64,000 bases of DNA from an uncultured Gemmatimonadales bacterium. Lineage in GTDB: Bacteria > Gemmatimonadota > Gemmatimonadetes > Gemmatimonadales > GWC2-71-9. The notes beneath the pieces were generated by a model. It was not told where the DNA came from. It saw only the letters and a program-made list of their open reading frames with translations, and ran no database searches. Below are positions 54,624-64,000 of the stretch, in pieces; positions within the stretch are counted from its first letter, which is position 1; each line of letters opens with the position of its first letter. The DNA lies in assembly GCA_963821525.1 (NCBI GenBank), contig CAWGED010000014.1:1-64000 (forward strand). Direction: 5' to 3'. The translations under genes and the position numbers were made by a program.

Positions 54624-56497
54624 AGGAATTCCATTCGTTCCGGGTTCACGAACGGGCCACCGGCGCTCGCCTGGTGATCGTCGGCGTGTTCCTGCTGCTG
54701 GTCGGCGCCTTCTTCCGCACCCAGGTCCTGGACTACGACCGGTTCCGTCTCCGGGCCGAGAGCAACCGCCTGAGACCGGTGCCGCTGCAGCCGGCTCGCG
54801 GCACGATCTACGATCGCCAGGGGCAGATCATCGCGGAGACGGTTCCCGGTTATTCGGTCGCCTTGCTGGCGTCGTCGAGCGATTCAATGCGCCAGGTCCT
54901 GGACCGGTTCAACAAGATCGTGCCGCTCGATTCGGACGCGGTCGAGACCGTGCTGAACCGCTATCTGGTGGCTCGCTATCAGCCAGCGCTGGTCCTGGGC
55001 AATGCCACTCGGGAGCAGGTATCGCGGCTGGAAGAGCACCGCGCCAGCCTGCCGGGTCTCGTCATCCAGTCGGAGCCTCGACGGGTGTATCCGAGCTCGC
55101 GCGCTGTCTCCCACCTGGTGGGCTATGTCGGTGAAGTGACGCAGGCCGATCTCGACAACAGCCGCTACGCAAATGCCCGACTGGGTACCGTTGTGGGGCG
55201 GTCGGGACTGGAGCAGGAGTACGACGATACCCTGCGGGGGATTCCCGGGGTCCGCTACATCGAAGTGGACGCTCGCGGCCGTCTGGTGAGAGAGCAGGGT
55301 GCAGCGCCGCCGCTTCCACCGGTGGCCGGCCGGTCTCTTCGCACGACGATTGATATGCCGCTGCAGCTCTTCATCGACAGTATCTGGCCGCCCGGAATCA
55401 GCGGCGCCATGATCGCCATGACGCCGGACGGCCAGGTCCGCGCGCTCTATTCGACACCGAGTTACGATCCCAATTCCTTCGTCGGCGGGATCTCCTCATC
55501 GGAGTGGAGGAGTCTCAACACCGACCCGACTCTTCCGCTTCTCAACCGGGCGCTGCAGGTCCGGTATCCGCCGGGATCGCCCTTCAAGCTCGCGACCGCG
55601 GCGATGGCGCTGAAGCGCGGCCTGGTGGACCTGCACACGCATATGCCGGTCCCCTGCCGTGGGGGAATGCAGTACGGCAACCGCTATTTCAAATGCTGGA
55701 ACAAGACCGGTCACGGCTCGCTCGACCTGGTCGGGGCAATCGCGCAGAGCTGCGACGTCTATTTCTACCAGCTCGGCCTTCGACTCCAGCTCCACGCCCT
55801 GCTGGAAGATGGCGTGAAGATGGGCTTCCGGGACCGGACCGGCATCGATCTTGTCAACGAGGTCACGCCGATTTATCCCGGCTCCACCGCCTACTACGAC
55901 AAGACCTACGGCCCACGCGGCTGGAGCAATGCGGTGATTCTCAACCTCTCCATCGGACAGGGCGAGAATACCCAGACGCTGATCAACATGCTGAAGTTCT
56001 ACAGCGCGCTGGCCGGCGCCGGCAAAACCGCGACACCCTATCTGGTGCATCCCGATTCGGCGGCAACCTTCGATTTGGGACTCACGCCAGACCAGCTCGA
56101 AGGCCTGCGTACGGCGCTGATCGCCGTGGTGGAGCGAGGCACGGCCGCCCGGAGCCGGCGGGCCGATCTCCAGATCGCAGGGAAAACCGGAACCGCCCAG
56201 AATCCCCACGGCAAGGACCATGGCTGGTTCATCGGCTTTGCTCCAGCCGAGAAACCGGAAATCATTGTCGGCGCGATCTTCGAGTTCGGCGAGCATGGAA
56301 CCGTCGTTGCGCCGTACGTCGTGCGAGCGATCAGCCGCTACCTGTTGGGACCCGACTCCACCGGGGCCAAACCCAACATTCGGATCATCGCTCCCGAGGA
56401 CTCGGCGCCCCGCGAAGTCGAAGTGCGGCCAGCGCCCGTAGCGCCCACTGATTCACTGCTGGTGCCCAGAGTGGTTACACCTCCGCCGCCCCAATGA
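54620..56497 (+). CDS. mrdA: Penicillin-binding protein 2
   Basis: RGTIYDR, SPFK (SxxK), SCD, KTGT. Confidence 0.95.
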   Translation: MKEFHSFRVHERATGARLVIVGVFLLLVGAFFRTQVLDYDRFRLRAESNRLRPVPLQPARGTIYDRQGQIIAETVPGYSVALLASSSDSMRQVLDRFNKIVPLDSDAVETVLNRYLVARYQPALVLGNATREQVSRLEEHRASLPGLVIQSEPRRVYPSSRAVSHLVGYVGEVTQADLDNSRYANARLGTVVGRSGLEQEYDDTLRGIPGVRYIEVDARGRLVREQGAAPPLPPVAGRSLRTTIDMPLQLFIDSIWPPGISGAMIAMTPDGQVRALYSTPSYDPNSFVGGISSSEWRSLNTDPTLPLLNRALQVRYPPGSPFKLATAAMALKRGLVDLHTHMPVPCRGGMQYGNRYFKCWNKTGHGSLDLVGAIAQSCDVYFYQLGLRLQLHALLEDGVKMGFRDRTGIDLVNEVTPIYPGSTAYYDKTYGPRGWSNAVILNLSIGQGENTQTLINMLKFYSALAGAGKTATPYLVHPDSAATFDLGLTPDQLEGLRTALIAVVERGTAARSRRADLQIAGKTGTAQNPHGKDHGWFIGFAPAEKPEIIVGAIFEFGEHGTVVAPYVVRAISRYLLGPDSTGAKPNIRIIAPEDSAPREVEVRPAPVAPTDSLLVPRVVTPPPPQ

Positions 56498-57738
56498 GAA
56501 GCCTGGGACCCGATCGCCCGCTTCTGATTGTGACCGTGCTGCTCGTGCTGTTCGGTCTCCTGATGCTTTATTCGGCGGGGCAGACCGACGTGCCGGTGCT
56601 GGCCGCCGAAGGGGCCTGGAAGCGGCAGCTGATCTGGCTGGGGGCGGGAGCGATTCTCGCGGCACTGGTGTTCCGCCTGTCGCCCCGGCTGCTCGAATGG
56701 GCGGCGCTTCCACTCTACAGCTTCTCGCTCGCACTGCTCGCCGTCACCCTGGTCATCGGGCGCGGAGCGGGAACCGCCGCGAGCAGCAAGAGCTGGATCT
56801 ACATCGGTGGGCATGCCGTCGGACAGCCGGCCGAGCTGGCCAAGATAGCCGTCGTACTCATGCTGGCTCGTTATCTCTCGAGCCGGCGCGAGGCGCCCGC
56901 CAGCCTGCGGGAACTCGTGGCCCCATGCCTCCTTGCCGGGGTACCAGCGCTGCTGGTCCTCAAGCAGCCTGACTTGGGGAGCGCCCTCGTGTTCGGGGGT
57001 ATCCTGTTCGCGATGCTGTATTGGGCCGGCGTCAAGCCATCGCTGCTGTTCATGCTGGCGTCTCCCGTGGTGAGCCTGCTCCTCGCCTTCACCATCTGGA
57101 CCTGGGTCACCTGGATGGCGATCCTGATCACCCTGATGATGATTTGGCGTCCGTATGTCGCCGAAGCAGCGGCCGTGGCGGTGCTCAACGCGGTGATGGG
57201 TTTCGTCGCGATTCCCATCTGGCGGCGACTCGAGCCCTACCAGCAGAATCGCCTCCTCACGTTCCTCAATCCTGAGGTTGATCCGCAGAAGGCGGGCTAT
57301 CACGCCATTCAGTCCAAGGTCGCGATCGGTTCCGGCGGCTGGTTCGGCAACGGGTTCCTCGAAGGCCCCCAGAAACGGCTCGCGTTCCTCCCGGCCCAGC
57401 ACACCGATTTCATCTTCTCGGTGGTCGGAGAGGAACTGGGCTTCCTCGGCGTCCTGGCCGCGCTGGTCCTGTTCCTGATTTTCTTCCTCGTCCTGCTCCG
57501 GATCGCCCGCCGGGCGGTGGATCCCTTCTCCAGTCTGGTGGTCTTCGGGTTGACCGGCCTCTTCGGCACCCACGTCTTCGAGAACGTGGGGATGACAGTC
57601 AACCTGATGCCCATTACCGGGATCCCGCTCCCCTTCTTCTCCTATGGCGGGTCCTTCCTGCTGGCTTCCTCCATCAGTCTGGGGCTGGTGCTCCGGGCGG
57701 CCTGGGACGCCAGATTGGCAGGCTATGTCGATGTGTAG
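56494..57738 (+). CDS. rodA: Rod shape-determining protein RodA
   Basis: QPAELAK, QPDLG, HTDFIF, GIPLPFFSYGGS. Confidence 0.95.
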   Translation: MRSLGPDRPLLIVTVLLVLFGLLMLYSAGQTDVPVLAAEGAWKRQLIWLGAGAILAALVFRLSPRLLEWAALPLYSFSLALLAVTLVIGRGAGTAASSKSWIYIGGHAVGQPAELAKIAVVLMLARYLSSRREAPASLRELVAPCLLAGVPALLVLKQPDLGSALVFGGILFAMLYWAGVKPSLLFMLASPVVSLLLAFTIWTWVTWMAILITLMMIWRPYVAEAAAVAVLNAVMGFVAIPIWRRLEPYQQNRLLTFLNPEVDPQKAGYHAIQSKVAIGSGGWFGNGFLEGPQKRLAFLPAQHTDFIFSVVGEELGFLGVLAALVLFLIFFLVLLRIARRAVDPFSSLVVFGLTGLFGTHVFENVGMTVNLMPITGIPLPFFSYGGSFLLASSISLGLVLRAAWDARLAGYVDV

Positions 57739-57842
57739 TAACGAGTTAGAAGCAAGGGGTGGCGCGAGCCGAAGGTGCTACCCAGATTAGGTGGATATGG
57801 ATGCTGCCCTTAAGACCCCTCCCCTAACCCCCCGACAGGTCC

Positions 57843-58712
57843 ATGGCTCGCATGGCGTGGTTTAGGAAGGAGAAGAAGCCGCGGCAGTCCACCAGGGAGC
57901 GCCTGGAGATTCCGGCGGATGCCTGGGAAAAATGCGACGCCTGCGGCCACATAGATCTCCGAGAAAAGTTCGAACGCGCGCTCAATGTCTGCCCTGAGTG
58001 CGGCTACCACCGCCGGTTTACGGCGGAGGAGTACATCGAGCTTCTGACCGACGATGGAAGTTGGCGGGAGCTCTATGGCGACCTTCGCTCGGAGGATCCG
58101 CTCGGTTTCGAGCATTACCCCGACCGTCTCAAGGCGGCCAACAAGAAGGCCGGTCACGCCGACGCGATGTACGCCGGCACCGGCCGGCTCGATCGGGTCC
58201 CGCTCAACCTCGGCGTCATGAACTTCGCCTTCATGGGCGGTTCAATGGGCTCCGTGGTAGGCGAGAAGATCACCCGGCTGGCCCGGCGCTCCGCTGAGAA
58301 ACGCATTCCGCTCATTCTGGTCTCGACTTCGGGCGGCGCCCGGATGCAGGAGGGTGTCTTTTCCCTCATGCAGATGGCGAAGACCTCGGCCGCGATCGCC
58401 CAGCTCTACCAGTTGTCGATCCCCTACATCAGCATCCTGACCAATCCGACGACCGGCGGCGTCTCCGCTTCCTTCGCCATGCAGGGCGATGTGATTCTGG
58501 CGGAACCGGGAGCGGTGGTGGGATTCGCCGGTCAGCGGGTTATCAAGCAGACCATCGGTCAGGATCTCCCGGAGGGATTCCAGACTGCGGAGTTCCTGCT
58601 GGAGAAGGGCCAGGTCGACGACGTGATTCCCCGCGCGTCACTCCGGGAAACCACGGCCCGCCTGCTGCGACACATGCGGGGGCAGAGGCCGCACGAGGAG
58701 CCGGCGGAGTAG
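57843..58712 (+). CDS. accD: Acetyl-CoA carboxylase carboxyltransferase beta subunit
   Basis: C4 zinc finger, FMGGSMG, SGGARMQE, PTTGGVSAS. Confidence 0.96.
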   Translation: MARMAWFRKEKKPRQSTRERLEIPADAWEKCDACGHIDLREKFERALNVCPECGYHRRFTAEEYIELLTDDGSWRELYGDLRSEDPLGFEHYPDRLKAANKKAGHADAMYAGTGRLDRVPLNLGVMNFAFMGGSMGSVVGEKITRLARRSAEKRIPLILVSTSGGARMQEGVFSLMQMAKTSAAIAQLYQLSIPYISILTNPTTGGVSASFAMQGDVILAEPGAVVGFAGQRVIKQTIGQDLPEGFQTAEFLLEKGQVDDVIPRASLRETTARLLRHMRGQRPHEEPAE

Positions 58713-58717
58713 GTTAG

Positions 58718-58833
58718 CAGCCGTCAGCCGTCAGCGATCAGCTAAAAGCCATGGGCCGAGAGGTTGGAATTTCAACCCGGGCACATGGCTTTTCCGCTGA
58801 ATGCTTATGGCTGACGGCTGACGGCTGACGGCT
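58718..58833. repeat. Long hairpin with (CAGCCGT)n/(ACGGCTG)n arms and a paired core
   Basis: Outer heptamer arms; inner AAAAGCCATG/CATGGCTTTT and GGTTG/CAACC; lies between convergent genes. Confidence 0.88.
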
Positions 58834-59374
58834 GCTGACGAGTTAGCGGAACCAGAAAATGAATCGGATGCTCATAGAACACCGGCTCGAAAAGGGCCGC
58901 TCCGGCATCCGCCATGAACGCCTGCTTCAAATCGTCGGGCATCCGGCGATCGATTTCCCTGGCCAGTTCCCGCGCCTCTTCGATTCGCCCGGCGAGCTTG
59001 CCCCGCGCCACTTCCTCGCACGCGCCGAATAGCACCCACCAGTACTGACCGTCCTCCTCGCGCTCGATGATGTCGAGCGGGAAGAGATTGCAGATGAGCG
59101 GGCGATCCTCGTATGCCGCGCAGCCCTGACTGGGACCCAGATAGAACGGACAGCGGCAGCCTTGCCGGTTGAGACGTGAGCCGCCGCCCTTCCCATACAC
59201 CCGCCGGCCGCTCTCCACTGCTCCCGCGCGCTCCCTTGGCGAGAGGTAGACCACGCTCCGCTCGCACCTCTCGCACTCGGGGCAGAGGGTGTAGCCCTCG
59301 GTGAGCTCCCGGAATCCGGGAATTCGCCGCAATTCGGCTACAAACGGGTCGGGAACGAAGCTGTATCGGCCCAT
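58805..59374 (-). CDS. YkgJ-family cysteine-cluster protein
   Basis: CPECERC, CRCPFY..GCAAYEDRPLICNLFP. Confidence 0.8.
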   Translation of the reverse strand: MGRYSFVPDPFVAELRRIPGFRELTEGYTLCPECERCERSVVYLSPRERAGAVESGRRVYGKGGGSRLNRQGCRCPFYLGPSQGCAAYEDRPLICNLFPLDIIEREEDGQYWWVLFGACEEVARGKLAGRIEEARELAREIDRRMPDDLKQAFMADAGAALFEPVFYEHPIHFLVPLTRQQPSAVSRQP

Positions 59375-59412
59375 GGTTCGGGTCGCCGGTGGCGGGTACA
59401 TTGGTCGGCTTG

Positions 59413-60701
59413 ATGACTCGCCATCAAACCTACACACCGTCCGCTCCGCCGAGAACCGGCGGGCCAACCGCCTCGAGCTATAGCGAGGCGCTGGAATTTC
59501 TTTTTCCTCGCACGACCACCATCAAATTCGGGCTGGACAACACCCGTGCGCTGCTGCACGAGCTGGGCCATCCGCACCGGGTTTTCGTCTCGGTGCACAT
59601 CGGGGGGACCAACGGGAAGGGAAGCGTCAGCACGCTGGTGGCCGAGGTCCTGCGCGAGGCCGGTCATCCGGGTCGGACTCTACACCTCACCCCATCTGGT
59701 TTCGTTCCGGGAACGCGTTCAAGTGGACGGAGTGCCGATTTCCGAGGCGGCGGTTGCCATGTGGACCGGACACCTGGAACGGATCATCCGAAAGCGGAAG
59801 GCCACCTTCTTCGAGGCGACGACCGCGATCGCCTTTGCCGACTTTGCCGCGCGGGGCGCCGAGATCGTGGTCGCCGAAGTGGGACTCGGCGGCCGGCTCG
59901 ACAGCACCAACATCCTGATGCCGATGGTCAGTGCGGTGACCAAGATCGAGCGGGACCACATGAAGTACCTGGGCGACACGCTGGAGAAGATCGCGATCGA
60001 GAAGGCCGGGATCGCCAAGCCGGGGGTGCCTTTTGTGATCGGGGAGACGAGACCGCGGTTGGTGGAGGTCTTACGAAAATCGGCGATCAAGGCGGGCGGG
60101 ACGAACCGGGTCAGGCGGACATTCGGGTGCTGCCGCCGGATTACCTCTGGAAGGGGCCGCTGGGGCTGGAAGGGCCGCATCAGCGCCGCAATGCCGGCAG
60201 TCGCCCACGGCATCCTCATGGCACTTCCACCCCGCTATCGGCCCGAGCCGGGCGGCCATAGAGCGCGGATTCGCCCGGGCGCGGGTGCCGGGGAGGTTTG
60301 ATCGGCGCGGCAAATGGCTGTTCGACGTCGCGCACAACCCTGACGGGATGCGGTCGCTGGTCGCCGCGGTCGAGGATGCTCGTTTGCCGCGTCCGATTCA
60401 TGCCCTCGTCTCCATTCTCGGCGACAAGGCCTGGCCGGAGATGCTGGTGCGGCTCGACTCGGTGATCGATCGTGGCATCCTGACCATCGCCCCGACTGCG
60501 GCGGGAAGGGGCTGGGACATCGAATGGCTGCGACGCTGGCTCAAGGACCCCAACCGGCCGCCACCCAAGGCTCAATGGAGCCTGGTTCCCGATTTTGGTG
60601 AGGCACTGGCCCAGGTGCAGGAAGGGGCCGGGACCGTACTGGTCACCGGTTCGTTCCATACGGTTGGGGATGTGATGGGGGCGATTGGGATGGAGCCTTG
60701 A
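59413..60701 (+). CDS. folC: Folylpolyglutamate synthase/dihydrofolate synthase; several frameshifts
   Basis: HIGGTNGKGS, YTSPHL, EVGLGGRLDSTN, DVAHNP, VTGSF. Confidence 0.92.
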
Positions 60702-60706
60702 AGGGC

Positions 60707-60822
60707 GATTGAAGATCGTTGATTGAAGATTGCTGATTTGCCCGGGCTCCAGGAGATCCGGCTGAATGCCCGGATCAATACCGCAATCCGCGCAATCGGC
60801 AATCTGCCATACCGACAATCGA
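60707..60822. repeat. Inverted degenerate heptamer arrays (GATTGAA)n ... (CAATCGG)n
   Basis: Left arm 60707-60739, right arm 60776-60822. Confidence 0.75.
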
Positions 60823-60850
60823 CCGCGACCGTCGCTATCTTTCCGCGCCT

Positions 60851-62149
60851 ATGCAACCCAAGGCCCTGCCGGGGTTTCGGGACTTTTATCCAGCCGACTT
60901 CGCCTTCCGGGCCCACTTGTTCAATACCTGGCGCGCCGTTGCGGCGCGTTATGGTTTTGAGGAGTGGGATGGACCACCGCTCGAACCGCTGGAGTTGTAC
61001 ACGGCGAAGAGCGGCGACGAGATCGTGGGTCAGCTCTACAACTTTGTAGACAAGGGAGAGCGGGAGGTCGCACTCCGGCCGGAGATGACTCCGACTCTGG
61101 CGCGAGTCGTCGCGGCCCGGGCCAACGGGCTCCGCAAGCCGATCCGCTGGTATTCGATCCCTCAGCTCTTCCGCTACGAACGGCAGCAGCGCGGCCGGTT
61201 GCGTGAGCACTTCCAGCTCAACTGCGACCTGATCGGCGAGCCAGGGCCCCTGGGCGATGCGGAAATCATCGCGCTGGCCATTGATATCATGCGGGCCTTC
61301 GGACTGGGGCCGCAGGATGTGCGGGTGAGGGTCTCGGACCGCCGGGTGCTCAACGCGTTGTTGCAGGACCTCAAAGTCCCGGCTGCGCAGTTGCCGCTGG
61401 CGTATCAGGCGCTCGACAAGCTTGGACGCCGGGACTATGCCGATCTCCGCCGCCAGGTGATCGCGGATGGCATGGACGCCGGCGTCCTCGATCAGCTCGA
61501 ATCGCTCAAGAATGTGCGGACCTGGGAGCAATTCCTGCAGGCGAAGGGCTCGCATGCCGGCGCGATCGCGGCGGGGAACCAGCTGGGTCAGACCATCGCC
61601 GCGTTGCACAGCATGGGACTCGAGGAATTCCTCGACTTCGACCTGACGATCGTGCGGGGGATCGCGTACTACACCGGCACGGTCTTCGAGCTGTTTGATG
61701 CGAAGCGCGAGCTGCGGGCAATCTGTGGCGGTGGGCGCTACGACAACCTGCTCAGCTCCCTCGGCGGCGTAGACCTCCCGGCGGTGGGATTCGGGATGGG
61801 AGACGTGGTCCTGGGCGAGCTGCTCAAGGATCGGGGACTCGCGCCACCGTTGCCGGCGCCGATCGACGTGCTCGTCGCGGGGATCACCGACCAAGATCTC
61901 CCCCACGTCCTTCGCCTCGCTCACGAGTTGCGCGATGGCGGAATTCGCGTCGAGTTCGTGCTGAGCCTCCAGCCGATCGGGAAGCAGTTGAAGCTCGCCG
62001 ATGCCCGGGATGCGAGGTTCGCGGTCCTGATCGGCCCGGACGACCGGGCCAAAGGGGAAGTAGTCATCAAGGATCTTCGGACGAAGGAGCAGGTACCGAT
62101 CGCGGCGTCATCCGTGGTCAACGAACTCAAACGCCGTCTCAATGCATGA
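60851..62149 (+). CDS. hisS: Histidine--tRNA ligase
   Basis: LRPEMTP, FRYERQQRGRLREH, RGIAYYTG, GGGRYD. Confidence 0.96.
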   Translation: MQPKALPGFRDFYPADFAFRAHLFNTWRAVAARYGFEEWDGPPLEPLELYTAKSGDEIVGQLYNFVDKGEREVALRPEMTPTLARVVAARANGLRKPIRWYSIPQLFRYERQQRGRLREHFQLNCDLIGEPGPLGDAEIIALAIDIMRAFGLGPQDVRVRVSDRRVLNALLQDLKVPAAQLPLAYQALDKLGRRDYADLRRQVIADGMDAGVLDQLESLKNVRTWEQFLQAKGSHAGAIAAGNQLGQTIAALHSMGLEEFLDFDLTIVRGIAYYTGTVFELFDAKRELRAICGGGRYDNLLSSLGGVDLPAVGFGMGDVVLGELLKDRGLAPPLPAPIDVLVAGITDQDLPHVLRLAHELRDGGIRVEFVLSLQPIGKQLKLADARDARFAVLIGPDDRAKGEVVIKDLRTKEQVPIAASSVVNELKRRLNA

Positions 62150-62191
62150 GATTGAGGTCAATCTTCAATCTGAAATCTTCAATCTGAAATT
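62150..62191. repeat. Heptamer array (TTCAATC TGAAATC)2 with a short inverted arm
   Basis: gattga-gg-tcaatc ttcaatc tgaaatc ttcaatc tgaaatt. Confidence 0.75.
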
Positions 62192-62197
62192 CACAGA

Positions 62198-63649
62198 ATG
62201 GCAGACGATAAGGCCCTGACTCCCCGCGCCACCGACTTCAGCGCCTGGTACAACGAAGTCATCATGCGAGCCCAGCTGGCCGACTACAGCCCGGTGCGCG
62301 GATGTATGGTCATCCGTCCCAATGGCTACGCCATCTGGGAGCAGATGCAGCGCGCCCTGGACGAGATGTTCAAGGAGCATGGGGTTCAGAACGCCTATTT
62401 CCCGCTCTTCATTCCGATGAGCTTCTTCTCCAAGGAAGCGGAGCACGTGGAGGGGTTCGCGCCCGAGCTGGCGGTGGTCACGCATGGTGGCGGGAAGGAG
62501 CTGGAGGAGCCCCTCGCTATCCGGCCCACCTCGGAGACCATCATCTACTCGATGTACGCCAAGTGGATTCAGAGCTACCGCGATCTGCCGATGCTCATGA
62601 ACCAGTGGTGCAACGTGGTCCGTTGGGAGATGCGCACGCGGTTGTTCCTGCGTACCGCGGAGTTTCTCTGGCAGGAGGGACACACGGCTCACGTCTCCGA
62701 GGCGGAAGCCGAGGAGTTCACGCTCACCATCCTCAAGACCTACCGCCGGTTCGCGGAGGAGTGGATGGCGATGCCGGTGATCACGGGCCTGAAGACCGAC
62801 AGCGAGCGTTTCGCCGGCGCGCTCCGCACCTACTGTATCGAAGCGCTGATGCAGGACAACAAGGCGCTGCAGGCGGGCACCTCCCACAACCTGGGGCAGA
62901 ACTTCGCCAAGGCGTTCGAGGTCACCTACCAGAACGACAAGGGCGGGCTCGACTACGTGTGGAACACCTCGTGGGGAGTGTCGACTCGGCTCGTCGGCGC
63001 GCTGGTCATGACCCACGGAGACGATGCCGGCATCATCACGCCGCCACGACTGGCGCAGTACCAGGCCGTCATCGTGCCGATCTACAAGTCGGACGAGGAG
63101 CGGACCACGGTGCTGGACGCCGCCCAGCACGTGTACCGCGAGCTCAAGACCGGCGGGATCCGGGTGCATCTCGACGCGCGAGACGGGATGAAGCCCGGCG
63201 CCAAGTACTACGAGTGGGAGGGGAGGGGAGTCCCGCTGCGCCTGGAAATCGGTCCGCGCGATGTGGCGGCAGGGCACGTCATGCTGGCCCGGCGAACCGG
63301 TGGGAAGAAGACGCCCTTCGCTACCAACGGACTGGCGCATTCCCTCAGGATCGAGATTGACGCCATGCAGCAGGATCTGCTGGATGCGGCCCGCACTCGC
63401 CGGGAGCAGAACAGCGTCCGCGGGATTGAAAGCAAGGAGGCGTTCCTGGAGTTCATCGCTCGGGACGGCGGATTCGCTTACGCCGGCTGGTGCGGCGACA
63501 CCTTTTGTGAGGCCGACATCAAGGAGCAGACGAAGGCGACGATCCGGTGCCTGCCGGACGAGGAGTTCCGCTCTCCGAAGGCGCCGACCAGGTGCATGTG
63601 GTGCAACCGTCCCGCGGTAGCGGAGGCCGTATGGGCGAAAGCGTACTGA
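62198..63649 (+). CDS. proS: Proline--tRNA ligase (archaeal/eukaryote-like type)
   Basis: IRPTSET, FLRTAEFLWQEGHT, QAGTSHNLGQNF, C-terminal AKAY; no INS editing domain. Confidence 0.96.
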   Translation: MADDKALTPRATDFSAWYNEVIMRAQLADYSPVRGCMVIRPNGYAIWEQMQRALDEMFKEHGVQNAYFPLFIPMSFFSKEAEHVEGFAPELAVVTHGGGKELEEPLAIRPTSETIIYSMYAKWIQSYRDLPMLMNQWCNVVRWEMRTRLFLRTAEFLWQEGHTAHVSEAEAEEFTLTILKTYRRFAEEWMAMPVITGLKTDSERFAGALRTYCIEALMQDNKALQAGTSHNLGQNFAKAFEVTYQNDKGGLDYVWNTSWGVSTRLVGALVMTHGDDAGIITPPRLAQYQAVIVPIYKSDEERTTVLDAAQHVYRELKTGGIRVHLDARDGMKPGAKYYEWEGRGVPLRLEIGPRDVAAGHVMLARRTGGKKTPFATNGLAHSLRIEIDAMQQDLLDAARTRREQNSVRGIESKEAFLEFIARDGGFAYAGWCGDTFCEADIKEQTKATIRCLPDEEFRSPKAPTRCMWCNRPAVAEAVWAKAY

Positions 63650-63675
63650 AGCCGGATCCGCAGAAAAGCGGGAAA

Positions 63676-64000
63676 GTGGGCCGTGCGCTCGTGGATACCA
63701 AGGCGCTGTTCGCCGATGCGGGGCTCACCCGCGAGAGCCATTCGCTGCTGCTGGGCGGAGTCCATCTGAGCGAAATCGCGGAGAAGGCCGGCACCCCGAC
63801 TTTCGTCTACAACGCCGAAGTGATCCGGCGACAGTTTCGCACCTTGGACACGGGCCTCACCGGGGTGAAGCACCGGGTCTGTTTCGCAGTGAAGGCCAAC
63901 AGCAACCTCGCGGTGCTGCGGGTGCTACGTGATCTCGGCGCCGGCGCCGACATCGTCTCGGGCGGTGAGATGCTGCGGGCCCTCGCCGCCGGATTCCCGG
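63676..64000 (+). CDS. lysA: Diaminopimelate decarboxylase (5' part; runs off the window end)
   Basis: GTPTFVY, FAVKANSNLAVL, GADIVSGGEM. Confidence 0.92.
   Translation, partial: MGRALVDTKALFADAGLTRESHSLLLGGVHLSEIAEKAGTPTFVYNAEVIRRQFRTLDTGLTGVKHRVCFAVKANSNLAVLRVLRDLGAGADIVSGGEMLRALAAGFP

Noticed and set aside
62198..63649. Archaeal/eukaryote-type ProRS as evidence of recent horizontal transfer
   Set aside because: This type is widespread in bacteria, and composition and context look native

Overview
GC-rich bacterial chromosome segment, most consistent with Gemmatimonadota. This is an inference from gene order and protein features, not a database result. Most of the window is housekeeping: tyrA-aroA-cmk-(hyp)-rpsA; a pccB/accC/rlmD/accB carboxylase cluster; rplM-rpsI-rpsB-tsf-pyrH-frr-uppS-cdsA-dxr-rseP; an orphan MCP; a GldA/F/G-like ABC operon; rpsO-pnp; an M16 peptidase, ald and dut; mreBCD-mrdA-rodA; accD, folC, hisS, proS and a partial lysA. 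Two accessory regions are present. The first (1-8.2 kb) surrounds tRNA-Leu(UAA) and holds an integrase relic, an OFA-family MFS transporter fused to a Cache domain, a Met-rich secreted protein, a LytS/LytTR system with visible binding boxes, and a pilin operon. The second (14.3-24.9 kb) is an envelope-protein island with NarL-type regulators and a repeated palindromic operator. Many genes, including essential ones, carry single-base frameshifts, most likely sequencing or assembly indels. The most notable observations are (a) an oxalate/formate-antiporter-like MFS fused in frame to a Cache_3-Cache_2-type sensor domain, and (b) about 14 intergenic arrays of 7-9 nt tandem repeats. The arrays differ in sequence but often share an inverted-arm hairpin layout. 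One array has invaded the RlmD coding sequence, and two bracket the Met-rich gene.
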